52,132 nt of DNA from Candidatus Woesearchaeota archaeon (GCA_023266895.1 JAHFOI010000001.1:1-52132), one strand, 5' to 3'. Counted from the stretch's first letter, positions 28,440-37,371 are shown. Made by a program: numbers and translations. Notes: generated from the letters alone by a model not told the origin.

Positions 28440-28748
28440 CTATTTTTGTTTTTTCTTTTTTTCTCGAGCGCTTCCTGGGGGTCCTGAGAACCAGTCTTCG
28501 TAGGTTTTGATTTTTCTGTGGGGTGGTCCTGAAAACCAGTCTTCAAAGGTTTTTATCTTGCGATGTGCAGGTCCTGCAAAGCCATATGCAAGTTCGTGGT
28601 TTTTGTGTGCTCTTGTTTTGCGGGTAATTCTTTGAAAAAGTATGTTGCGTATGAGTTGTGGCACTGATTCGTTATTAGTGTGTGCTTCGTGTTGGAGTTG
28701 TACGAAAAGCTTTTGAGTTACGCGAACAAGTATTCCTGGGCTTACCAT
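28440..28748 (-). CDS. Ribbon-helix-helix (CopG-like) protein with C-terminal 15-aa tandem repeats
   Basis: ATG 28748 has tttttata 22-29 nt upstream. ILVRVTQKLFVQLQHEAHTNNESVPQLIRNIL fits a beta-alpha-alpha RHH fold. C-terminal repeats are GPAHRKIKTFEDWFS / GPPHRKIKTYEDWFS / GPPGS. Confidence 0.5.
   Translation of the reverse strand: MVSPGILVRVTQKLFVQLQHEAHTNNESVPQLIRNILFQRITRKTRAHKNHELAYGFAGPAHRKIKTFEDWFSGPPHRKIKTYEDWFSGPPGSAREKKKKQK
28480..28583. repeat. Imperfect 45-nt tandem repeat (about 2.3 copies) encoding the RHH protein tail
   Basis: ggtcctga.aaccagtcttc... units start at 28480, 28525 and 28570. Confidence 0.75.
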
Positions 28749-28889
28749 GCAATAAGTGTGTGGTTTGGCTATAAAAACCTTTTGAACGAGTGTGATATCA
28801 GCTGATATCAGACAGCGACGAGAATTATGAACCAATAGTCTTTTTAAGTGTTCTACCTTTTGTTCTGAGTGCCCGTTGTTGTTGTGTGT

Positions 28890-29042
28890 TTACAGTTTTT
28901 CTAGCAATTCTTGTTTTGTTCCTTTTTTTTGGCAGTCAAAACATACTGGGTGCAGGCTTCCTTTTGTGTCTTTGATGTACGTGCCTTTTATTTTTTCAAG
29001 AAAGGTAGTGGCAAGTGTTGTTTTGCAAATGTCGCACTTCAT
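28890..29042 (-). CDS. Small Zn-ribbon protein (50 aa)
   Basis: MKCDICKTT...HPVCFDCQKKG has two CxxC pairs. The longer track ORF runs antisense into ABCE1. Confidence 0.5.
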   Translation of the reverse strand: MKCDICKTTLATTFLEKIKGTYIKDTKGSLHPVCFDCQKKGTKQELLEKL

Positions 29043-29062
29043 GTGTAACCGTATGCCTATGG

Positions 29063-29071
29063 TTTTATAAA
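29063..29071. promoter_or_regulatory. Palindromic TATA box shared by divergent leaderless genes
   Basis: ttttataaa is centred about 25 nt from the minus-strand ATG (29042) and about 27 nt from the plus-strand ATG (29094). Confidence 0.5.
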
Positions 29072-29093
29072 GTTTTGGCATCAATGTTATTTC

Positions 29094-30860
29094 ATGCCGA
29101 GAATTGCGATTATTCAAAAAGATAAGTGTAATCCTGTGGGTTGTGGTAATTACTTGTGTGCACGATTGTGTCCTGTGAATCGTGAAGGGCAGGAATGCAT
29201 TTCTGTTGGTCCGGATAAGAAGGCGTTTATTAATGAACAATTATGTACTGGTTGTGGTATTTGCCCGAATCGTTGTCCTTTTGGTGCGATTAGTATTATT
29301 AATCTTCCTGAACAATTGGACAAGCCTGTGCACAGGTATGGTCGTAATGGTTTTCATTTGTATAATCTTCCGATTCCGGTGTTTGGTAAGGTGGTTGGTA
29401 TTGTTGGCAGAAATGGTATTGGCAAATCAACAGCGATAAAGATTTTGGCGGGCACGCTTATTCCTAATTTGGGTGCTGATGAAAATTCTGATTCTGCGGT
29501 CAAGCACGGTGGATTTTCTGCTGAGCTTATCAAGCGTTTTCGTGGTAGTGAGGCGCAGGCATATTTTGATCGCTTGAAAAAAGGCTTGCGTGTGAGCAGT
29601 AAGCCTCAACAGGTTGATTTGATTCCGAGGACAACAACTGGTACAGTGAAAAGTTTGCTTGAAAATGTTGATGAGAAAAAAGCGCTCAAGCATGTTGTTA
29701 CAGCTCTTGATTTGCAACAGGTTTTGAACAGCAAGATTGAAACATTGTCTGGTGGTGAGCTTCAGCGTGTTGCTATTGCAGCCACTGCGCTTAAGCAGGC
29801 TGAGGTGTACTTTTTTGATGAGCCTACGAGCTTTTTGGATATGAAGCAGCGTCTTCGTGTTGCATCATTTATTCGTTCTCTTGTTTCACCATCGACGGCG
29901 GTGCTTGTGGTTGAGCATGACTTGATTATGCTTGATGCCATGACTGATTTAGTGCACGTGATGTATGGGAAAGAGCAATGTTATGGTGTGGTTGCGTTGC
30001 CAAAGTCAAGCAAGGAAGGCATTAACACGTATCTTGAAGGTTTTCTTCGTGAGGAAAACATGCGTTTTCGTGATAAAGTAATTAGTTTTTTGTCGCGTGT
30101 TGATCGTGGTCCTAAAAAAACTCCTCCTGTTGTGGAGTGGTCTGGTGTGCAAAAAAAACTGGGGGTGTTTCATCTTTCTGCAAAGTCTGGTGTGTTGCGT
30201 CAGGATGAGGTGATTGGTGTTGTTGGAGAAAATGGAGTGGGGAAAACTAGTTTTGTAAAGCTTTTGGCAGGTGTGGAATCTCTTGATGCAGGCACCATTC
30301 CTTTTTCTGCAAAAGTGAGTTATAAACCTCAGTATTTGGAAGCAAGTTCTGTGCTTGTGGCAACTGTGCTTGAGCGTGCGCTTGAGCGTTTTGAGGTGCA
30401 GCTTATTCGTCCTTTGGAACTCAAGGGTTTGTTGACCAGAAAGCTTGATGAATTGTCTGGTGGTGAGCTTCAGCGTGTTGCTATTGCGCGTTGTTTGAGT
30501 CAGGATGCTGAGCTTTTTTTGCTTGATGAGCCAAGTGCGTATTTGGATATTGAGCAGCGTTTGGCGCTTTCAAGAATCTTGCGTGATTTTGCATCTCAAA
30601 ATTCAAAGACTGTGCTGGTGGTTGATCATGATTTGTTGTTTGTTGATTATATTGCTGATGAGTTATTGGTTTTTTCTGGTATGCCAAGTCGTGAAGGTGA
30701 AGTTCTTGGTCCAATGCGTGTTGAAGATGGTATGAACAGGTTTTTGCAAGACTTGCATATCACGTTTAGAAAAGATGCTGAGTCTGGTCGTCCACGTGCA
30801 AACAAGCCTGGCAGTGTGCTTGAGCGTGAGCAATTGGCTGAAGGAAAATTGTATGGCTAG
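29094..30860 (+). CDS. abce1: ABCE1 / RNase L inhibitor, ribosome recycling ATPase
   Basis: N-terminal 2x[4Fe-4S] Cys clusters (CNPVGCGNYLCARLCP, CTGCGICPNRCP). Two NBDs with GRNGIGKST and GENGVGKTS, and LSGGELQRVAIA twice. Confidence 0.95.
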   Translation: MPRIAIIQKDKCNPVGCGNYLCARLCPVNREGQECISVGPDKKAFINEQLCTGCGICPNRCPFGAISIINLPEQLDKPVHRYGRNGFHLYNLPIPVFGKVVGIVGRNGIGKSTAIKILAGTLIPNLGADENSDSAVKHGGFSAELIKRFRGSEAQAYFDRLKKGLRVSSKPQQVDLIPRTTTGTVKSLLENVDEKKALKHVVTALDLQQVLNSKIETLSGGELQRVAIAATALKQAEVYFFDEPTSFLDMKQRLRVASFIRSLVSPSTAVLVVEHDLIMLDAMTDLVHVMYGKEQCYGVVALPKSSKEGINTYLEGFLREENMRFRDKVISFLSRVDRGPKKTPPVVEWSGVQKKLGVFHLSAKSGVLRQDEVIGVVGENGVGKTSFVKLLAGVESLDAGTIPFSAKVSYKPQYLEASSVLVATVLERALERFEVQLIRPLELKGLLTRKLDELSGGELQRVAIARCLSQDAELFLLDEPSAYLDIEQRLALSRILRDFASQNSKTVLVVDHDLLFVDYIADELLVFSGMPSREGEVLGPMRVEDGMNRFLQDLHITFRKDAESGRPRANKPGSVLEREQLAEGKLYG

Positions 30861-31377
30861 GCGTACTGCATACTTGCCGTTTGTGCGCATCAATCAATTG
30901 AAGCATTACCTTGATCTTTCTTGTGAAAAACGGCAAGACCTTTTGGATAGGTTTTCAGTTACGTTGCACAGAAAAAATGCTGTGCTTGAAGCAATGCTGG
31001 TTGATTATGGAGCGTCAATTGAAATGCCTGAAGTTATTGTGAGGGGGTCGTATGCTGCGTTTCTTACATATGCGCTTCTTGAGCAGGAGTGCGCGGTGCG
31101 TGAGCTCTTACTTCCTGTTGTTTCTCCTGACTGTGCAGTTCGTTTCATGGAGGATCATCACCTTTCTTCATTGTCAGGAGCTGTGAACAAAGATCTTTTT
31201 GAGTTATTGCGTTGTTTTGAAAAACAAAATCAGAACTTGGTATGTATGGCTGCTTTTTTTCTTCCGGAAAAATCTTGTTTGCTTGACGTTCTTCAAGTTT
31301 TTCGTCCTGCAATAATGCTGTATAATCTTTTGGAGTCACAGGCAGAAATTAATTCATTAAAAGAAAGTTTTCGTTAG
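30853..31377 (+). CDS. Hypothetical protein translationally coupled to ABCE1
   Basis: ATG 30853 overlaps the ABCE1 stop by 8 nt (ATGGCTAG). No recognisable motif. Confidence 0.45.
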   Translation: MARRTAYLPFVRINQLKHYLDLSCEKRQDLLDRFSVTLHRKNAVLEAMLVDYGASIEMPEVIVRGSYAAFLTYALLEQECAVRELLLPVVSPDCAVRFMEDHHLSSLSGAVNKDLFELLRCFEKQNQNLVCMAAFFLPEKSCLLDVLQVFRPAIMLYNLLESQAEINSLKESFR

Positions 31378-31418
31378 GTAGTTCAAAAGGTAATAAAGCA
31401 ATAGCGTAATCTACTGAT

Positions 31419-32855
31419 TTACCATTGTTCTTGTAAGTCTTCTATGAGCAGGTCTGTGTTTGGTGCGTGAAAGTCAGCAATTGGGCTTTCTGATCCGTCT
31501 TGCATTATTTTTCTAAGGTCTTGTCCTGCGCTTGCTGAGGTCCACCATGCGCCGTGTTTGTTTTGTAAGTTTCTGCCAAGTTCTGCTGCACGTATCATGG
31601 CAAGCAGATAGCTTGGTACATACATCATTGCTTCTGGCAGAATATGGTGCAACTTCCAGTACTCACCAGGCATGTTAACATTCATACATTCTTTGATGTG
31701 TCCTGCATAGTTTTTATCACACTGTGCTGGGCTAAGGTTTTTCTTCCAGTAGTCTATTTTGAATAAGCTGTTGGCGCAATAGAATGCAATGGCAAACATG
31801 CGGATAAAATGTATTCTTTTTATTAAATCATGTGCAACAGTATGGGATAGTCCAAGGTAGTCTGTGAGAAATTCGTGGTTGTGCATGAGATCTTCGTATA
31901 GTGTGCTAAAGCTTTCTGCAAGTCCTTCATTCAGGTTGTATCTTATCCAGTATGGTAATTCTTGGCGTATGCTGCTTGCATGAATTGCATGGCCATACTC
32001 GTGCAGCACTGAGGTGACGTCATTGATGCTTCCTTCTGCTTTGTAGCTTACGCGTATGTCGGTCGGTATTTTGATAAATGAGCAAAATGGTGAGGGATAT
32101 TTTTTTGGTCTGTCTGCAGCGTCTTCGCGTATGTTATTCTTTCCAAATCCTTGTTTGTTACGTATCTCTTGTATGATCGCAAGTGGTTTTTTATGTGGTG
32201 GCTGAATACCACTAAATATTTTGTTGCGAAGGACATAGAGATCGTCATAATATGCAGGTTTTCTTCCAAATAATTCCTTGCTGTATTCATTCCATTGTTT
32301 GAGGAATGGTTTTTTTATTGCTGAAGCAAGTGTGCGTACAGTTTTTTGAAGCACCGTAAGACTCATGTGATGGTCTTTGCAGTACATGCTGAGTGGCTCT
32401 AGGCCATAGTCTGAAAAGATGCGTGTTTCTTTGTCAAATTTTTCATGAATCACGGGCGCGATACTTTTGCTTTTTTCCACAAACTCATCAAACACTTTTT
32501 TGCGTTGCTGGTCTGTTGCGCTTGCTGCAAATTGTCTCCAGGTTGGCCAATTAATTGCTTTGCCTGCGATTATACTTGTGATTTTTGTTCTTCGTAATTC
32601 TTCAAGTTTGAGTTCAAGCTGGTATGTTTTTTCCCCAGAAATACTTCCAACTGCTTCCCAATACAGCACCTCTGGTTTCTTCCAGTGCTGCAAAAATGTT
32701 TCGCCATGCTTTTTGCTTTGGGTTTCTAAAAGTCCTATTTTTTCTTTGGAGTATGGAAGACCTATCTGCAGTTTCCAGTGTTCTTTTCGTAACTCTACTG
32801 AAATGCGTTCTTGATGTTCACACCATTGAGTGAGGTTTTGATTGTTGTTGTTCAT
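31419..32855 (-). CDS. M3-family (oligoendopeptidase F-like) zinc metallopeptidase
   Basis: HEYGHAIH zinc motif. ATG 32855 forms ATGA with the trmI stop (track start 32876 is TTG). Confidence 0.7.
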   Translation of the reverse strand: MNNNNQNLTQWCEHQERISVELRKEHWKLQIGLPYSKEKIGLLETQSKKHGETFLQHWKKPEVLYWEAVGSISGEKTYQLELKLEELRRTKITSIIAGKAINWPTWRQFAASATDQQRKKVFDEFVEKSKSIAPVIHEKFDKETRIFSDYGLEPLSMYCKDHHMSLTVLQKTVRTLASAIKKPFLKQWNEYSKELFGRKPAYYDDLYVLRNKIFSGIQPPHKKPLAIIQEIRNKQGFGKNNIREDAADRPKKYPSPFCSFIKIPTDIRVSYKAEGSINDVTSVLHEYGHAIHASSIRQELPYWIRYNLNEGLAESFSTLYEDLMHNHEFLTDYLGLSHTVAHDLIKRIHFIRMFAIAFYCANSLFKIDYWKKNLSPAQCDKNYAGHIKECMNVNMPGEYWKLHHILPEAMMYVPSYLLAMIRAAELGRNLQNKHGAWWTSASAGQDLRKIMQDGSESPIADFHAPNTDLLIEDLQEQW

Positions 32856-33637
32856 GTTGTTGTTATTTTTCTGCAAAATGTGATAAATGCAGTGTGCCCT
32901 ATACTTATGCTTTTCGGATGCACCGCATCACCTTCAACTTTCCAAGAACGTTCAACTATTTCAATTGTTTTTCCAAGAAGTATTTCTTCATGTGCTCGTG
33001 CAGTATTGCAAAAAGATTGCACTTGGGGTACGCTTGGTGAATAGCTGACAAGCCATCCGCCAATCTTAATTGCGTTCACTGCATGAGGGAGGGCGCGCCA
33101 GGGTTCTGGCAAGTCAAGAATGATAACATCCATGTTTTTTTCAGAAATTTTTTCATACACACTGCCTTTTTTGAAGCTAATATTTGTGAGTCCGAGAATG
33201 TCTGCATTTTTTTTGGCCACGTCTTGAAATTCTTGATTTATATCATACGTCACTACTTTTTTGCAAATGTGTGCAAGGTAGCAGCTAAGCCAGCCAGAAC
33301 CTGTACCTGCATCAAGCACGGTACTTTCTTTGCCTATACCTGTTTCTGCTGCAATGATTCCCGCATCTTTTAGCATGATTGCCTGGGGTGTTTTTTTAAG
33401 GCGTCTAAATGTGTCGCTGAAGCCTGGAGTGAGTATGATGAACTCCTTGTGCATGCTGGTTTGTATTTTGCTTCCATCTTTTTTTTTAAGGTCTTTTTTT
33501 GCAATCACTCCATAGGTTGTGCTAAAATCTTTTGAGGTGTCGTGCACAGTGTACTCTTTTGGCTTGAGCACGGTTACTTCGCGTTTGAGTTCTTCAACAT
33601 ATGTTTTTTTTCCTTTGCTAATGAGGAGTCGGGGCAT
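32852..33637 (-). CDS. trmI: tRNA (adenine-N1)-methyltransferase TrmI/Trm61
   Basis: SAM motif VLDAGTGSGWLS, then DLPEPW. ATG 33637 (track start is TTG). Confidence 0.8.
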   Translation of the reverse strand: MPRLLISKGKKTYVEELKREVTVLKPKEYTVHDTSKDFSTTYGVIAKKDLKKKDGSKIQTSMHKEFIILTPGFSDTFRRLKKTPQAIMLKDAGIIAAETGIGKESTVLDAGTGSGWLSCYLAHICKKVVTYDINQEFQDVAKKNADILGLTNISFKKGSVYEKISEKNMDVIILDLPEPWRALPHAVNAIKIGGWLVSYSPSVPQVQSFCNTARAHEEILLGKTIEIVERSWKVEGDAVHPKSISIGHTAFITFCRKITTT

Positions 33638-33741
33638 AGTTTTGCGTGAGAACTGGTGGTTTAATAGGTTTGTTATTTGCTGGTCCAACTGCAATTTTAA
33701 GCGTAACGAAAAGGCATGTAAAAGCAGTTGTGTATTGGTGA

Positions 33742-33814
33742 AGCGGAGGGAGGGACTCGAACCCCCGGATAAACGCTCTGCAGGCGTTCCCCTTAGCCGC
33801 TTGGGTACCTCCGC
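33742..33814 (-). tRNA. tRNA-Cys (GCA)
   Basis: 73-nt cloverleaf. Acceptor GCGGAGG/CCTCCGC, anticodon stem AACGC/GCGTT, loop CTGCAGA, T-arm GGGGG-TTCGAGT-CCCTC. Discriminator is U, which is the Cys identity base. Confidence 0.8.
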
Positions 33815-33838
33815 GTGTGTGAAACAAAGTCTGAGGTG

Positions 33839-33846
33839 TATAAAAA
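33839..33846 (-). promoter_or_regulatory. TATA box for tRNA-Cys
   Basis: tttttata on the minus strand, 25-32 nt upstream of the tRNA 5' end. Confidence 0.55.
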
Positions 33847-33881
33847 GCTACTTCTTTGTGGTGTGACCTTTTGTCCAAATG

Positions 33882-33889
33882 TTTATAAA
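33882..33889 (+). promoter_or_regulatory. TATA box for tRNA-Arg
   Basis: tttataaa lies 25-32 nt upstream of 33914. Confidence 0.55.
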
Positions 33890-33913
33890 CATTAAGCAAG
33901 CCAAAACACGCAT

Positions 33914-34009
33914 GGGCCTGTAGCTCAGCTTGGATAGAGCGACAGCCTTCTACTGAGCGTGTGCTCATAAGATAGCTGAAGGTCGTGGGTTCAAATCCCA
34001 TCAGGCCCG
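33914..34009 (+). tRNA. tRNA-Arg (TCT) with 21-nt intron after position 37
   Basis: Acceptor GGGCCTG/CAGGCCC, D-arm GCTC..GAGC, anticodon loop C-T-TCT-A, T-arm GTGGG-TTCAAAT-CCCAT. 75 nt of exon plus the intron. Confidence 0.85.
33953..33973 (+). other. tRNA intron (canonical 37/38 position)
   Basis: ctgagcgtgtgctcataagat contains a 5-bp hairpin, TGAGC-gtgt-GCTCA. Confidence 0.7.
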
Positions 34010-34276
34010 TGAGTTTTAGCGAACGTGTTTGATGGCTACGAATAGCAATCAGTCTGTCATCAGGCAAGTTTTTTTTTGGGTGGGTGGGTTCTTTCTTGAT
34101 TTTTTTGGGCATATTTTTTAAAACTACGTGCATGAACTGCTGAACTCCGAAATTGTAGTTACCGCTGGTTGTAGGTTTTGTACCCATTGAGATTTATGCT
34201 TAATATCAGATTTTTTCGAAGAAACTCCTCTGGACTCAATCCATAGATTTATTAATCAGAGTTCTTATTTTTGTTT

Positions 34277-34639
34277 ATGAATCTCTGGAAGAAACTGCCA
34301 CAGTGGTTGAAGTATGGTTTAGTTTTTGCAGGTATTGAATTTGTTTTACTGGGAGTTCTTTGGTTGATAGGATTCTGCGAAAACGGGTTTTCCCCTCAAA
34401 CTTCTTTTCCAATGCCGTGTGTCTTCCTCCAATTTTTTGGATGGGCACTGCTTCTTCCTCAGCTTTTTTTTTCTGCACCTCTTTCATTTCTTTTGGAGCA
34501 CATAACAAAAACGCTTTCTGAATTTGGACTGGGATGGTCTGCAGATGTTGTGGGAATAACCATTCTTGGAATTTTGTTTTATTTTGTGTTAGGGAGTGTT
34601 ATAGGCCTTCTTCTTTCCTCAAAGAAAAAAAGAAAGTAG
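34277..34639 (+). CDS. Small membrane protein (4 TM)
   Basis: Hydrophobic ORF with ATG at 34277 (track start is TTG). Confidence 0.45.
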   Translation: MNLWKKLPQWLKYGLVFAGIEFVLLGVLWLIGFCENGFSPQTSFPMPCVFLQFFGWALLLPQLFFSAPLSFLLEHITKTLSEFGLGWSADVVGITILGILFYFVLGSVIGLLLSSKKKRK

Positions 34640-34708
34640 GCAGTACGTTCAATAGTATCGAACTGATGCAAACGTAGATTTATAATTAACTGTGCGATTT
34701 TCATAAAT

Positions 34709-35242
34709 ATGACTGATCTGACTCGTTTAAGTGAAAAAGTATCAATTGCGGTGTCTGAAAAAGCATTTGTTGCGTCTCACACTCGTCGCGTTTTTTCTCT
34801 TGGTGAGGGACTTTGTGCAACGCTTTATGAAAATCAAGGCGCGGCAGATTTTTTCCATGGGCAACTCAAAAAACTTCATGCAGCAGTGAGAGTTCCTGAA
34901 CCAAAAGTGCTTGTACCTTTTGTGTTTTTTGGTGAGAAAAAGTATGCTCCTGTTATGGAGTATATTTCCGGCCTAACACTTGGCGAGTATGTTGCTGGTA
35001 AAAAGAGGCTTCCTCTTCCTGTTTGGCAGCAACTTGCTGAAGGTATTGATAAACTAAAAAATGCAGGTTTTGTCATTATTGATAATGCGCTGAATAGAAA
35101 TGTGTTGGTTTCTGAGGGGGCTTTATTTTTTGTTGATCCTGAAGCATATAAGTCTTCTGCGCAGCTATCCTGGTTTGCACGTTGCTGGTATTGTGCAAGA
35201 ACGGCTGTTGAACGTTCCTACTATCATGCCTTAGTTAAGTAG
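34709..35242 (+). CDS. Small atypical protein-kinase-like fold protein
   Basis: Hinge-like VMEYISG, then FVIIDNALNRNVLV and FFVDPE. tttataat lies 23-30 nt upstream of the ATG. Confidence 0.3.
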   Translation: MTDLTRLSEKVSIAVSEKAFVASHTRRVFSLGEGLCATLYENQGAADFFHGQLKKLHAAVRVPEPKVLVPFVFFGEKKYAPVMEYISGLTLGEYVAGKKRLPLPVWQQLAEGIDKLKNAGFVIIDNALNRNVLVSEGALFFVDPEAYKSSAQLSWFARCWYCARTAVERSYYHALVK

Positions 35243-35350
35243 AATCTTTATGCTTTCGAGAGAGTGAAACTCAAAATAATTTGTTATTTTTGTGTGTGGC
35301 TTGTTCGCAATCATTGCCTTTGCTCATGCGTGTCCACTATCTCCAACCGT

Positions 35351-36490
35351 TCACACCACCCACTGATTTTTAAGCAGTAACTTTGATGTTTTGTACAATT
35401 CTTCTTTGAATTTGTGATAGTGTTTTTTTGGCACACTGGCTCCTGCTGCAGGTATGTGACCTCCGCCTCGTGCTCCGGATATGTTTTTGATTGCACAGGT
35501 GAGAAGTTCATTTGTGGCAATTTTGCTGTCATTGCGTCGTGCACTAATACAGATTGGATCTTGTGAGCTATCCACAATAATGACTGTTTTGTGTGCATGC
35601 TTGTGGCCTAGTATTGTGCTGAGGGTGCCTGTTATTCTATATGATGGCTTCATTTCATAGAGATAAATGCCATCTTTTTGTTTGACAGTGGCAAATTGGT
35701 GTATGTGTTTTTTGATTTCTTTCTCTACTGCACTTCTATATTTTTTGAGCGTGCTTGCATTGAATTCTTTCCATGTTTTTGCAGAGAGTAATTCATCATA
35801 GCATCTTGCGGTGTATTTTTTATTGAAACAAAGTGCGAGTGAAATTGTGGAAGGTACTTTTCCCAGTTCTGTGTCAAACCAGTTTTTCTTTGAGAGGATA
35901 CGTAATCTTTTGAGCAATGCAGTTAGGTATGTACTCCACTGCATAAATCCTGAGTCCCCTATGAGTCCTGCGCCAGCAATCCACTCAAGATCTCGTAGGT
36001 CACAAATGCGTGAGCCTAAATCATATGCCATTTTTGCAGTTGCATAATATGCAGGATTTGGTTCTTTCCAAATAAGTTGTGGTTTGATGAGTAGTACTTT
36101 TTTGTTTTTTGGCGTACTAAGAATTTTGTGATGATCGATTATGATTATGTGCGCAAACTGTGCTGCTTGATTAAGTGTTTGTGTATTTTCTTCAACAGGC
36201 AAATCTGCAGTAATAATGTGTGTGATCTTGTTTTTTTTCAGCTGAGTTATCATGTCTGGACTTATGTTGTGATTTCCATCTTCTCGCGCGAGTCTGAGGT
36301 CTACTGTTTTTCCGCGTATTCGCTCAATGAGTCGCGTAAGAATTGCTGCAGCGCATATTCCATCAGGATCTGCATCGTGAATAATTGCGATGCGGTCTTT
36401 TGTGTTCATTGCCCTCATTCGCATATCCCATGCGTGTAGTAGCGCTGGATTGAGAGGGGTCCACTTTTTCGGCAAAGGTAAGGTTTCCAT
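35351..36490 (-). CDS. DHH/DHHA1 family phosphoesterase (NrnA/RecJ-like)
   Basis: Motifs HDADPDG, ITADL, IIIDHH, GDSG and DHHA1 GGGHIPAAGA. Starts 5 nt after the upstream gene's stop. Confidence 0.8.
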   Translation of the reverse strand: METLPLPKKWTPLNPALLHAWDMRMRAMNTKDRIAIIHDADPDGICAAAILTRLIERIRGKTVDLRLAREDGNHNISPDMITQLKKNKITHIITADLPVEENTQTLNQAAQFAHIIIIDHHKILSTPKNKKVLLIKPQLIWKEPNPAYYATAKMAYDLGSRICDLRDLEWIAGAGLIGDSGFMQWSTYLTALLKRLRILSKKNWFDTELGKVPSTISLALCFNKKYTARCYDELLSAKTWKEFNASTLKKYRSAVEKEIKKHIHQFATVKQKDGIYLYEMKPSYRITGTLSTILGHKHAHKTVIIVDSSQDPICISARRNDSKIATNELLTCAIKNISGARGGGHIPAAGASVPKKHYHKFKEELYKTSKLLLKNQWVV

Positions 36491-36495
36491 GGTAT

Positions 36496-37371
36496 TTATG
36501 CAGCGAGTTTTCTCGTTGTTACTCCTTGTTTAGTATTTTTTGAAATATCACGTATTTCTCTCTCAAAGCATTGTAAAACTCCTTCAAGACTTTGGACTGA
36601 AGGTTCATGAGTTATGATTACTGCACCAACAGCGTCATATCCTTTTTCTCCAGAAATTGTTGGGAATAACGCAGAGAAAGTGAGCTCTTGTATTGCATGA
36701 GTCATACATTCTTGAATAACCCCTGGTGATATGCCGTACGTTACGACAGCAACATCAGGAGTGTTTTCTTTATCCGCGCGTAATTTCGCCATGACAATTG
36801 TACCTGTGATTGATTCAATTGATTTAGAAATAGCATCTATTCCTGTTGTAATCGCGTTTTCTTTTGCTTTTGAACCATATTGGTCTGCAACTATTTGTGA
36901 GCTCAAACTAACTAATACCAGATTTACAGGGTTGCATGTTTGTTCACTTGAGTGCACAAAGTATCTCAGCAGCATATTTGCTTCTTCGGCTCCAAACTGC
37001 ATTTTAGCTTTTTTGTTAGCAGTAGCAAGGCGAGTTACACTAGTCATATTTCCTCGGATACGTTCATATACTTCTGGTGCGTCAGGAGGCAAATCACTTC
37101 TTTTTGCCATTTGTAAAACCTGTTTCGCAGTTTTTGTTGCTTTATTAGAAGACATGCCTCTTGTCAAAGAAGTGCATATTAGTGCGTATGCTGCAAATAC
37201 CTCTTCTGCAGTAAATGTTTTTTGAGGCCAGGCATGTTGTCTTTCTGGCGTCTCAATTCCTTGGTATCTTCGTGGCTCATGAGGACACTCAGTGCCAATG
37301 TATGCTTCAGGAACAACCGGTTCTGGTCTACTCTGTTGTTCATGTCCTGAATAAATTGTTAATTGGCTCAT
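36496..37371 (-). CDS. Orphan 291-aa protein between the GGDEF and DHH genes
   Basis: ATG is preceded by GAGGA. No motif recognised, and no PilZ RxxxR/DxSxxG pair seen. Confidence 0.6.
   Translation of the reverse strand: MSQLTIYSGHEQQSRPEPVVPEAYIGTECPHEPRRYQGIETPERQHAWPQKTFTAEEVFAAYALICTSLTRGMSSNKATKTAKQVLQMAKRSDLPPDAPEVYERIRGNMTSVTRLATANKKAKMQFGAEEANMLLRYFVHSSEQTCNPVNLVLVSLSSQIVADQYGSKAKENAITTGIDAISKSIESITGTIVMAKLRADKENTPDVAVVTYGISPGVIQECMTHAIQELTFSALFPTISGEKGYDAVGAVIITHEPSVQSLEGVLQCFEREIRDISKNTKQGVTTRKLAA

Noticed and set aside
33735-33741. Apparent encoded CCA end after tRNA-Cys (…TTCACCA)
   Set aside because: The CCA is 4 nt beyond the discriminator base, not directly after it. The match is coincidental, so CCA is presumably added post-transcriptionally.
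33618-34187. 189-aa minus-strand ORF in the track
   Set aside because: It runs straight through both tRNA genes and their shared promoter region. It is explained entirely by the tRNAs and has no start context.
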